DNA of 64,000 nt from Haplodiscus bocki (lineage: Eukaryota). The stretch covers positions 54,622,001-54,686,000 of the forward strand of contig OZ296648.1 of the NCBI GenBank assembly GCA_965655095.1, given 5' to 3'. The notes beneath the pieces are model-generated. The model was not told the origin of the DNA. It did not search any database and saw only the letters and a program-made list of their open reading frames with translations. Made by a program: the position numbers and the translations under genes. This document shows positions 48,414 through 60,899 of this stretch, in pieces; position 1 is the first letter of the stretch; each line of letters begins with the position of its first letter.

Positions 48414-51276
48414 TCAATTTTCGAATTCCGCCGCTGAGTAATCATCGTAGTCTTCAATTTTTGCATCGTAATTGGCAATGTTTTCTCCATCTACATTATA
48501 GTAGAAGTCAGGGGTTTGCGGGGGAGGCACCGCATGTCCACTGGGGTTTGGCCTAGTTACGTCACGACCACCCGAGGGCTTACCAGGCTTCTCTGGCTGC
48601 TGTTTCTGCTTCTCTTTGTGCTTCCTCAACAAGTCCTTCTTTCGTTGCAACTCGCAAAAATCTTTCTTCAACTGCTCTTCATATTTCTGCAGCTCTTCTT
48701 CCGAGAACTGAGGTTCTTCAGGAACTCCTACAAAAAATGGAACTTGCACACTTAGTAGATCTGAGGAAAATTGAATCAAAATGATTGGCTAGAGTTCAAA
48801 TTATTCCCATGGAAAAATCGAATTATATTTCCAAAAATCAATTTTGTAGACCAATTTAAAATTTAAGAAGCGTATTAAGCTCCTTAGAGCAGACTTACAT
48901 GATAGAAAAGGGGAACATTCTATGTATTCTGACACCCTAATAAAGAACCAATTCTTTATAGCCGGTAAGTTCGAGATTGGCCTTTTGCAGATTGTATTCT
49001 CATCAATTGAATGGCGCCGTTTTATTCCAAAACTTGCCAGAAACTTGAAAACGATAAATAAAAAACCGTCACGTGAAGATGCACGTACCTTTCCATTCTT
49101 CGTCTTCGTTAAATTTGGAGCTATCTGTGAATTCACGAAACTCCTTCCAAGAGACACTTTTGTCTCCATCTTTGTCCACTTGACTCATTATATGTTCTCG
49201 CATTCTTGCTCGCTCTTCCGACATGAGTTGTTCTAACTCGTCAGCTTCATAATTCGCCTTAGCCGCATTGTTGTACAACTTTTCCACTTCTTTCTGGAAC
49301 ATGGCTTCCAACTCCAACTGATCTGCCAACAAAAAGAATACTTATTCCTATAGCCAGTATTACGAGAACACATGTTTGGCTATAATTGATAGCTTATCAA
49401 GATTGCCAAATCATCAACATTTTGTTCACGGTGAAAAGGTTAACGATCTGTCCGTGAGTAATTTCCAACAGTTTTCTGTATTCATCAGTGTATTGTACAT
49501 GATACACGAATAGAAGAAAACTATACGAAATTATTGGAAAACATGCATGTCCGCACGAGATACAAAATTTATTTCTGCATGTATGTCCCTGTCTCATTGA
49601 TTCATTGTTTTGCACGAACTTCTAACCCAGTCTTTCGTCCCCATTTGTGCCATGTAGCTGGAAGAACGTCTTTGGGTTGAAGGTGTCCCTGTCTAAGTGA
49701 TCTTGCTCCTCCCATACATCTTCTAAACTCTTTTTACGTCCAGGCTCGTGCACCTTCGGGTGTTGCTTCAACTTCTCCCGCTGTGCGTTGAACTCTCGTT
49801 CCTTCTGAGCTCTTTCTTCAGGTGTCAACTTCTCGATGTGCTTTCTTCTATCCAACTCTCGTTTCATTTCATGCTGCTGAAATTGCCGTCTTCGACGCTC
49901 GTCTATTTCATCTGTTTGCAAAGTTTCAGTTTCTAACTGATGTGCACTTATTGTTAATTTAATATTCGATGATTTTTTACAGAAGATGTATTTTTTTATA
50001 CTGACTTTGATTTGCATAATTGATTCTTCAAAATTTGTTAATTAAAAATATATCAAATACTCTTCAGGAACATTTCGGGTACCAAGATTTTAACCAAAGT
50101 TTTTAGGCAAGAACGGCTACGTAAGCTGTAAAACATTCTAACGATATCTTAATTTTTTCCGGGATTTTTCCGCCGAAGATCTGAGATAAATAATGAGCAT
50201 GCAATAAATTATGAGTCTTAACGCAAGACATACATCATCGAAATTCAACGTCGTCTTGAAGTGGGGAATTTAATTTAGGACCCTGACGGAGGAGGACCGT
50301 GGAAAAGACTGACTAATAGATAATGATCGTTAATTTGAGGTCGACTTTTGAGTAGATTAGAGAAGTTATAAAAAGATTCGTTAAAAATAGTAAAAAAAAT
50401 AACCTAAATCCGCTGTTGCTTTTCTAATGAGCGCCTGCAGATCATCTTTTGTAAAACTGTCGGCGAACTTGGGATCTTTAGGTTGGGACAAATGAGCCGT
50501 CATTGTTTTGATATATTCTGGGTGCACTGCCCTCTCTTTGTTTTCAAGTCTGGAGAGTTCTCGGAAATCTGTTCTTAACCGGTCCACTTCTCTTCTCTTG
50601 GCTTCGTCTAATTTCGTTCGTACAGTGTGATGAGCAAATTCTAGTTCGTCGGCCAGTTTTCCTGTCATGACATCTTCTCGGGTTGCATTGTTCATTTTCG
50701 CTTTGAATGATGGGTCGTCTTGTAGAATGCGAGTTACTTCTCTGAGGTACTTTTCATAGGCCAGTTCAGCTATATCGTCGGGTAGAGTGTCACCTGTTTC
50801 AGGTTCCAGATGTTTTTCCGGTGTTGGTGGATTTGGATTTAATCTTCCTACAAAACAGACATGAGAAAGCTTGCCGAACATTTCAAAAACAAAAACTACC
50901 TGGCTTTGATTCAATACACAATTTTAAATCAAGATTCTGAGAGGTTTAAACAATCGTCTACGACATCATAAATTTTTGCTATAGTTCAATTAGTATTACA
51001 CGCTATAGCATCTACTCGGAGAATAGAGAATGTTTTATGCTCACGAAATCTCTTTCATACGTTATGAACCAATAAAAAAAACTGGCGCCAGAAAGTTTTT
51101 AACTAACCTGGATGAGGTGGAGGAGGACCTCGAGGAACATGCCTTATATTAGGATTGTCTGCATGCATCTTTGTGATGCGTCTAGAGTCAACTGGCTGCG
51201 GTAAATAGAGGGCATTGCAGAGAAAAAGTAGTAGAAACAAATAACTCCTCATGACAACAAACGATGATGATGACAT
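48414..51276 (-). CDS. NUCB: Nucleobindin copy B (open frame, EF-hand 1 D->G and other substitutions)
   Basis: Exons 51276-51108, 50847-50404, 49911-49627, 49322-49089, 48727-48414 with intact splice sites; HGTNGD versus HDTNGD in copy A. Confidence 0.88.
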
Positions 51277-54057
51277 CTCGTCGAACGAGTCGATGCTCAC
51301 TCAGCTGAAACCCTCAGCTACTACCAATCCCACTTTTTGGCACAAAAATGCATAAAATACCTAAAAAAATGATTAATTAAGCAAGAACGGCGTGGGATTT
51401 CCTCTGCAACAAATAGAAGACAACCAATTCTCAACTGTACACATCTCAAAACTACATGCTTCAACTCATGAAATTACACGCAACTCAAGAAAATGACCTT
51501 TTTGAAGCTTCAGAGAAAAGTGCGCAATTACTGACCCCTTTTCATCGTGTATTCAAAGAGTTGAATTCTCCGACACGAACAGAGTGGCTCGAAATTCAAG
51601 AGGGATTACGAGAGAAAGACTTGGAACTAACTAGTGCATGACCAAAAACTTGAAAACAACAAACCAACCCACTAAATCGTTTTCAAAAAAAGCAGAAGCA
51701 AGATGGTCAAATTTAGGGAAGATCGAGCATTTCTAAAAACTCGAAACAATCTACATGGAAAGGCCCCAAAAATGCAAGTCACTGCTAGGCTTCAAGCACT
51801 GAGAAAACCGAAAAAAAAGAAGAAAACTAAGTTTACGTTAAGCTTACTTAGTAAAGGATTTCACTTTCTTAAGTCGAATTAACCTGAAACTAGAGGCACA
51901 CGACCAAAGAAACTATTTATCATCGCTAGACAATTTACACGCCGTTTGGAACAATTTTGTGAAACAAAAATTTTGGGTGTGAATTCTTTTCATTTATCGT
52001 GCAATTGGTAGATTTTATGCTAGGAGCGGCCCAAAGTAGACGCCACCCGTATGGCCCAAAATATCCATGGTTTTCCTTCATTTTTGAAATATCGTGTCTT
52101 TTCAGAGAAAAAATTTGGCATAGCCGTGTTTTTTTAGTAAAAAAAATGTCTCAGTTTAGTAGAATGACTCATAGTTACGATATATACTTTGTGTGAAAGT
52201 TCTTATTTGAAAGACCTTTGGTATAGGTCTTCGCAGAAATATTTTGGGTATGTGGAGAAAAGGTATCATGCAGAAATTTTGTGCTTAATTTCCAACATTT
52301 TTCTGAAGTAAATAAGTTCTTTTCCCGTTTCCGGCCTGTAATCAATGGGACCCCTCAGCGGCTTTATAAAACAAAACCCATTGCAATAGTTGTGTGCTTT
52401 TACCCGACTAAAAACAGGCCAAAAGTCCAACCTGAAAGCAAACTGCACGTAAAGAAGCTTTCAAATGTTTTGTCGTAAAGCATCACGCTTAAAATTTTTG
52501 AACGCGTTCTAGATTTTATGCATTGAGCATTTAAGGGCCTGAGTGTATTGCAAACTTCCAAATTTCACCCTTCCAACAATTAGACATGCAAATTAAGCCT
52601 TTTAAAGTGAGTGATTCTTTACAAAAAACCTTGGAGAAATGATCACTTTTCTCAATTGTACCGCCTGGAAAACCTGCCTGTAAAAATGGACTGAAATCAA
52701 ATTGAACATCGAGCAACTAAGTGATTCGTGCTGCCACTTCAGCCCAGAATTACGAAAAAAAAAACAAAAAAATCGTCTCTCGAATTAATTAGATTATCTA
52801 CTGAAGTTTCAAAAGAACCACTGTAGCTGATTTCAGTCAAAAGGGAGCGTAATATTAGGCCATGTATACGTGAAAAACTTTTTGACAAGTCGCGACGCTG
52901 AATGAAGGAATATTTACAGCAAAGCCAGAGCACATGAAGGAATTCAGTGAGATTGTGATTTTAGAAGAAAATGATGCGAGTTGGGAACGCGCATAAAAAA
53001 CGAAAGCGGTCCCCAATACACTTCGCTTGCTCTCTCGCACATAAAATATTCATGAAGAAATTACTGATTATTGAGTTCCTCAAGAAGATGAAAAAAACTA
53101 CTTTTCAACTTAACACAATTTGATCTAGCACTGCTCTACAGCAGCCAAGTAATTTTCAATTTCCAAATTTTTCACAAACCGTAGTAATTAGCACGCTAAA
53201 TTTTTCAAATTCTGTTGCCATTTTGTCCTCCTGGAACAACATTGAAGTTTGAAACGGCACTTCCAATTCAAGGCCTACCGTTGAACTTGAGTGATTTTCT
53301 TGTCAAAACATTTTCTGTTGTCTTAAAAATTCACTTCATGGCAGAAGACAAGAAAATTCACTGTATGGTAAACGACATTTTCATCCGAAAAACTTGCCGC
53401 CTATGAGACGACAACCTTCAATCATCACATACCCATGCCTTGTGCTAAAATCCCAATAGTATGCCGTGATTACCACTAGCCACCAAAGGGCGAACGTTCG
53501 CGAAGCTGCCGCATGGTGTAAAGAGACAGAAATTCTGAACAAGGCCGCAGCCTAAGACAGGGGCTCACCCAACCAAAAAGAAAGCTCATTAGAAGGCCAT
53601 TCAAACTCGCTTTCATTCATTACTCAGAAATGCGTCGCTGTGGAAATATTTAAGTTTGATTTCTTCAACACACTATTCGGAAGGAATTTCACAAAAACCT
53701 TCAGGTTAATGGGGGTTAAAAAATATTTCATTCTTGAATTTTGGTAAAAAATCGCCCAAGTCATTATTTTTGTTTCTTTACTATCCAAAAATGATATGTC
53801 AAACAGAAGCGAAGCTAGGCTGCGCAAAACTTGCGCCAACGGAACATTAGTGAACAAACCCAACAAGTATAACTATTTTAAAAGGATCAGGGTACAACAA
53901 AAGCTGCTGATTAAACGATTCCAAAAATATTTAATTAGCTGAATTAATTCTCAAACTTTCACACAAGTGTAATCAGTACGAAATGGTTATATGCAAAGAT
54001 TTATGACTCTATAATATTTCATTAGCTTCATATTTCAAACGAAAACACTGATTCTGA

Positions 54058-54130
54058 CGAGACCGTGGCACAGTGGTAAAGCATGCGACTGCGACGCTAA
54101 AGCGCCAGGTTAGAGCCTAGGCCAGCCACT
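54058..54130 (+). pseudogene. tRNA-like pseudogene or SINE head
   Basis: A-box TGGCACAGTGG, degenerate B-box GGTTAGAGCC, tRNA-like spacing; acceptor stem does not pair. Confidence 0.55.
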
Positions 54131-57059
54131 TCTTGTTCAAATCTTGTGTTAGTTGTGAACAGAGCGGGAAAAAATTCGAAGACTGTAATTTAACACTTGC
54201 TTACGCAAGTATAAAGATTTACAGATCAAAAACGCAAAAAAAACTAGACGTCCTAGAACAATACAAGGCGTCCCAAAAAACGTTACATGATTCTGCTTCT
54301 GGCTCAATATCTAAACACAGAAGCGAAGCTGTGCTTCGCAACAGCTGCGCCGACGGACTACTAGCAAACAAATCGACTAAAAATAACTGATTTTCGAAGG
54401 GGCCACGATACTACGAATACTACTTATAACAAATGTACAGAAACTCAATTAATTCTTCAAGACTTATATACAAGAAACGGTGTAATATTTCATTCGGTTG
54501 ATATTTCAAATTAAATTACCGATTCTCAAGAGGTAATGCGACAGTCAGTAGAGGATGCAACTGGACAGTACAAGAATTGGTGTTAATGTTATTGCTAAAT
54601 GTGCGTTGATGGCCGTAGGCACAGAAAATGGCCTATTTCTCAAAAAAGTCGAAATCCACCAAATCATTGATAATGAAACGTCCTCCGCGAAAACACATAT
54701 TTAAACAAGTCAAATCGCAGCCAACCTTCAGAATGTTAAGGAATATACCCCGGTCAAAAAGTTTACGGAAAAAATAGGTGAAGTTTTTGCGTTACTGTCT
54801 GAGAAACAAGTCGGTCTTCGAAGTCGAAAATTTTGTTATGTTTTCATTTTACAATGTTTTTAATGGTTGCTTGGTACCAGCAGATAAGGATTGCTTAACA
54901 CATCATCTACAAATGGTGATGACAACACCGAAATTTTTGACATAGCTTTACAAAACGTCGTTACGGACAGTAAAGTCCGTAAAACAAAATAACCTTTGGC
55001 TTAGATATTAAACAAGCCGAGAAAGGCCAAGCCGCCCGTAAGGCTCAAGTTACTCGTAGGGGTGACCCTTTGGCGTTGAGAAAACTTTAGGCTCTTTCAA
55101 AAATTCAGTATTTCAAAGGTTTTCAGAGTGCGAGAGAAAATTCATAATAGTACTCTTTGCCACTTCACGGAAGCACTGTGAAATTCAGTTGCAAAACATA
55201 TGGGCTCCGCAACATAGGTGTGGGGTGTCACAAAAACCATTGGGATTGGCCGTTGCAAAACACTGATTAGGAAATATAAAATTTTGACACGCAGGGGGTA
55301 TCACAAAAACGTTTTGATACTTGTCTACTTGTCTGCTCAAAATTTCTGGATTGAAAAGAGGGTATGGCAAATTTTACCGTTTATTCTGCTTCGGAAAAAA
55401 ATGAATAGTGCAAAGGGAGTATCACAAACTTTTGATATCTGGTTTCACAAATATTTACGGCTCTCTGGTGGTTTATTTCGTGGTCTGGAGAAAAAGGTAA
55501 ACGTAGTCCCTATTCTATTTTTGGCTTTCGATTTCAAGAAGCGGGAAATAAGATTCGAATTACATTGATAAACTTGAGAATACTTGAATCAAGAACTTGA
55601 AATCCAAGAGTAAATAGTGATTTCGCTTTAGCCAGGGGAAGTAAATGGAAACGAATCAAAATTCTTAGGAAATTATCTGACTTCACTTTGTCGCTCACCC
55701 AACCGGTCAAGAATGCGTTTGCGAAGGACGCTCGAATATGCGACGCAGAGAAAAGAGAAAGTAAAATCTATAGGCCTTAAGCCTACAAGCTCAATGCCAA
55801 GTAATGTAGGCATACTACAATAGTCCTTTTCATGAAGTAGATACTACTATAGTCCTTTTCAGTAAAAACTAAAGCGCCGAACAAAAAACTGAACATCAAA
55901 TGAATTATGTTCCTTCTGTTTATGAAATATGAGCGGAAAGAAATGCTAGTCTGTAGAAAATATGTTTCTTCAAAAGAATCATTGGAAACCATTTTAACAA
56001 AAAGGCGGAGCGGAACTTCGCCACACGTTCTGACTAGGAGTTGAGAACCCAATCAAAAATACAGATTACAGTCAAAGGTCCTCAGAAACCCCATGACCGC
56101 GGACCACATGATTCGAACATTTAGAAACACTACAGCAGCTGTCCATCAACATTCTTTCCATCGAATTGCTTTAAGTACTTGTCACAGGGTCTCACTCAAA
56201 AACTTGATCTGTCAATCATGCCTTTTAAGATTACGCCATTTCACAGCCCGATTTGTAAAAAAACAACGCCAAAATGAAAAACTACCTGTCAAAAAGAGGT
56301 CGTTTTTGACCGTTTAAACTACACCACTAAATTATTGGAAGACGTCAAAAAACGTTTCAAACGAGATAATAAAGCTGGGTATAAGCTGTTTCCATTACAC
56401 ATTCTTCTTTTCAGTATTTCAAAAAAAAGGTAAAACCCAGCTTCACTCAAACCAATTAATATACGATTGACTTTTGGAACAATTTAGGTTGAAAAGAAGG
56501 AAAAAAAACACAGTGTTCTAAGAGAAATCGATTGTCTAAATATAAGAGCTGTCATAGGAGAAATTGCAAAATTAATATTCCCTCTCATTTTTTCTGTCGC
56601 CAAAAAAACAGAACTTCACATCCCGAAGGTTGCCAAAATGACCATCGACAAATTTAATTTCTCTGCAATCCACACCACGTTTTCTAACTTCTTATTGCAA
56701 TTTTCCTGAAACGTTGCACATCTATTAATCGTATATTCGTTTGGTATTCTCTTTTCATGCCCTCCTAGCGTACTGTAAGGAAACCCCCCCCCCCCCCCAA
56801 CGATTAAAAATTATCTTCTCTGCTTTGCCAAAACTCACTGGCACCTAAATTGAACGCAGAGGTGAAATTTAGTTCGCAAACATTTGCCAAAGAAATCACA
56901 GCTCAAAATGATTCAAAAACAACAAAAATGAAATCGCATTCCACCAACACAATCTCAACACACCTCGAATACAATGAAAGCTCTTTCGCGATAAAATCAT
57001 TAAATAGACCATCCGCGGTACTCCTCGGATTCTCTATTTGGTGACCGGTTGAATAAGTC

Positions 57060-57800
57060 CTAGCTGGACACAACCGGACCAATAGTCAATGAGAAAAACA
57101 GTTCAAACAAAAAAAAAACGAAAAAGCAACTTCGACTTCCGGTAAATTCAAAATGAAAGTCAATTTTTTCCGCAAAAAAATACAAATAGGGGCCCTAAGC
57201 AGTTTTGGAGGCACACCAGGCCGCAGATAGTCAAGGCCGTGCCAGATGAGCTAGTTCGACAACTAGTCGATGAGAAAAACGCTTTCAAAGAACAACTAAT
57301 TAAAAAACAGAAGTCGAAAATTTCCGCAGCAGAAGAGGCCCTCCCATCTACTTTACATACACTCTATGCCGTGAGAAGCTGAATTATTGCTAGATGGAGC
57401 CAATCCGACCAGTAATCATTGAGGAAAACAATTTCATCAAGCAATAAAAACAAATTTGGTCCCAGGTTAAAAACAAATCCCAGCTTAGAACTTTTCGCAA
57501 TAGCTTCAAAAACAGAGGTTCCGAGTCACTCTAAAGAGACCAAAGGACACAAGTGCTTGAAATAGCAGAGCATCGCCATAATCTGACCGTTACCATTTGC
57601 GAAAGACAATTAGACAGAACAACAGTGAAGCATCTTCGATTTTTCAATAACTAGTCGAATCTCTTGCAAAAAAAATCACGGAAAACACCACCTAAAGTAC
57701 TCCATAGAGCTTCTAGTTCGCAAGGAGATCAAATAGCACTAACCCATTGGAGCAGAAACCCCATGATATCAGTTTCAACGAACATTGTGACTGAAATATT
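57060..57800. repeat. Degenerate tandem repeat, ~150-180 bp unit
   Basis: gagaaaaac-like motif at 57091, 57272, 57421 and ~57601, preceded by ag(a/c)tg(g/a)..c..t.cgac. Similar units occur at ~31180 and ~59450. Confidence 0.55.
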
Positions 57801-60330
57801 AATCTGCTTTTCGATTACAGGTTAGGATTTTCCGCAAAAAAAATGAACACCGCCGATCACATTCACTTTAGAGCATCTCTTGAATTGAATCAAAAGAAAT
57901 AAAATGGGAGTCAACGCAGCACGGCACTGGCGACATCAACTGAAAACGCAACGTGAACAAAATCTTTTCCGCAGCAACACTGCCGGAATGGCAAAGAAAT
58001 TTGCAGTTGAAAAGGGTTGAAAAACGTGGCATTTGAACCATGACTCGAAAACAAAACAAACTTGTGAGACAGTCAAGAATCTGGGCTTTGCAAATACTTC
58101 GGACACACGGAAAACTTCCTGGTGACAGTTATGAAAACATATGCGAGGTAATGGTTATAACAAACTAACGAAAGCAAGCAAACTTTCCAGATTCAAATTG
58201 CTGAACATTCAAAAACTAACAGATAATACCCAGTTAGTCAATGACCTTTCCATTTTTCGTTATTAAACGAGAAACAACCGTAACCGGCGCATGATGATTA
58301 GTCACGGAGAAAATCTCTGACGAATAATGCAGCATATTCGAAACAATAACAACAGACGAAAGAAGAGCTTCTATTTCAATGTACAATTTAAGATATCGGA
58401 CGCAAAAGACCAACAGACCAATTCTGTAGCTCTGAAAAACCTCCAACTACTAGAAAGCGAACTACCGATGAATGCACGACTTCCAAGTACAATTTTCAGG
58501 AGAAACGTTTCAAATGAAGGACCAAAGCAAGAATGCTTTTATAGTGCCTCCTACAAGCTAAGCTACTTTGCAACATAAACATGGCTCAGACTTTTCCTAC
58601 TCAAGCAAGGATTCTCCGAGCCACGATTCGTCCATCTGGCAATGAACTGACGGACTCCGAATAATCGTCTGCGAGAAAAACTTCGAAGCTCAAATTGATT
58701 CGAGCATGGTGGTCAACCGACAATCGGGACCAGTCCGCAGATCCTCTGAGCACCGTAATTCAAGGTAGTGTTCGATAGACGGAATTTAATTAGCACTGTT
58801 CAAGAAACACTTGAGAGGGAAGACGCAAGAGAAAACTTCCTTGATTGAAGGTACGTAAAGGTTATTCAGGCAAAAGTTTAGAATACAGCATTCCTGCTCT
58901 CAGTAGAGATTCTAAGTAACGCATCTTCAAACTGTACTCCAACAGGCACTGGATGTACGTAATTCAACCAATGATTTCTGGGAGAAACATTTCTAACGAA
59001 CAACACCACTGAAAAAAAACGTTGACTTCTCAATTTCAAGTTGACATTATTCCGAATAGAAGATGGAAAAAATCTATCTCCGCTACTTGGTAGAAAGATC
59101 TGGCATTGAGTAGTCGGACTATCCCCGGAAAAACGCAGTTCGACCACCGCGAGAACAGTGCTAACGAAGAACAAGTGAGAACATCTCAGATTTTTCAATT
59201 GAAAGTTGAAAATTTTGGTCATATATAAACGCAACAGACGAATCTAGCCACTCAAAGGCCGATCCAGGAAAAGACTACTGAAAAGAAGCTAGAATTGACG
59301 AAATTGACGAGTAAGCATTCAGAAAATTTTTCGGAGAACGCAAGCAAAAAACATTTTTCAATTTACAATTTAATTTTTCCGTAACAGAAGTACGAAATAG
59401 AATATCGCGGCTATTTCACATATGATCTGGTTCAAAAATAGTCGATTAAGCACTAGATCGACGCAATCGAACAATTGGTTTCCCAGAAAATCACTCTTAA
59501 CGAAAGATGCGAATAATTCGCAAAAAAAGCATTGAATTCCTAATTTTAACTCGAAAAATTTCGCACTAGAAATTAAAAGGAACTTTTCCAGGCTCTCGGC
59601 GGAGCCCTTAGGTTTGGAGCACTAATTGGTTTTCAGAAAAAAAACACTTTTCAAGAATGCATTCACGATTTGTTTTTAATTCAAAGTTTGAAATTGAAAC
59701 CGATAATTTACCGATTTCGTTCAATCGCACTGGCAGGAAATTAGGCTATGTGAAGAAATATTTACAATCGAACGAGAGCGTATGAACAAATTTTGTCGTC
59801 CCACGTAAGCAGTGATGTTAAGAATATTTCATATCAACTGCGAGTTAGCACCTAACGAGAAAAAAGTCGACCGCAAAACCCTTGCTTCACTTGCTACACT
59901 CGATTTGCAAGTGTAGACTTTACTCCGCTTCTTCATTCGCTCATTCATTATCAAATGGGGGCTGATAAATCAGTGAGTGGAAGGTTAACAGGAAAGACCA
60001 AAGAGCCGCAAATTTCTTCAAATGTCGATTATTTTTAGAAGCGCTCCTTAAGTTAATCGATGTTATAGTTCAGCTCGATAAGCAGTTATGTTTTGCGCCA
60101 ACTGTTAGATGTATGAACGGTCAATTCGGTATTACTAAATACAACTTCTGCTTTTCAGAATTCTATCTTTTTCAATGATCTAAAATGATTCTGAATAAAA
60201 TTGAGACGAGACCAGCAACACGTTCATCTGTTCGTTTCCAAAATACAAATTCGATAATTTTTGGGAGAAGTTATAACGAAATATGAAATCAACACAATTC
60301 AAAGTGGTACCCTGGTATTTCACTCAACAG

Positions 60331-60693
60331 TAGGGCTGTACCAGAATTTCGGCCCGGATTCAGAAAAATTCCAGTTTCCGGCCGAAACAGAATTGAAATC
60401 CTGTTTTATCTCGGAAAACAAAACTAAGGATTTTCATCTCGATATGTTTAAAATTTCAATCAACAAATAACATCCTTCTAAAAGAATCTCATGTCGCTGT
60501 GATTTAATTATCTTGTTTCAGGATGACCGAATAGTCAATGATTTCTGTTACTATGTTACATATTTTGTAAAATAGCCCACAAAAAAATCATTAACTGCAA
60601 CAGTCAGTTCGATATAGTTCCGGACCCGTTCAAATTGGAGTGCAATATTCCGGTGCCGACCGGATCAATGAAGGGTGTTCTGGCACAACTTTA
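60331..60693. mobile_element. hAT-type MITE
   Basis: Imperfect TIRs tagggctgtaccagaa / ttctggcacaacttta flanked by a perfect 8-bp TSD ctcaacag. Confidence 0.85.
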
Positions 60694-60899
60694 CTCAACA
60701 GACTTAATTCCTGGTATTTGATGGTTAAATTGGAATCAAAAGATGCTAAATATGACTTTTTTTTCGGCATACGTAAACCATAAACATATACACATTGAAT
60801 TGAGAAATGTATGCACCAAGGTAGAGTTGGAAAGTAAAATGGACTGAAGCATCTAAATAGGGTTTCTTTCTATTTGTTTTGTACAAGTGGAAGCAAAGG

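Larger units (their letters stand above)
42399..57024. repeat. Tandem segmental duplication, copy B (14.6 kb, includes 53138-55520 absent from A)
   Basis: Begins cacaatatggtcgctctggg like 30163 and ends ccatccgcggtactcc like 42397. Confidence 0.95.

Noticed and set aside
54058-54130. Functional tRNA gene
   Set aside because: TTC of the T-loop is mutated, the acceptor stem is unpaired and the anticodon loop is ambiguous.
28642-56250. Unequal crossing-over between the 780-bp repeats as the cause of the duplication
   Set aside because: The middle repeat copy is followed by sequence matching 56250-57024, and the junction at 42398 lies outside the repeat.
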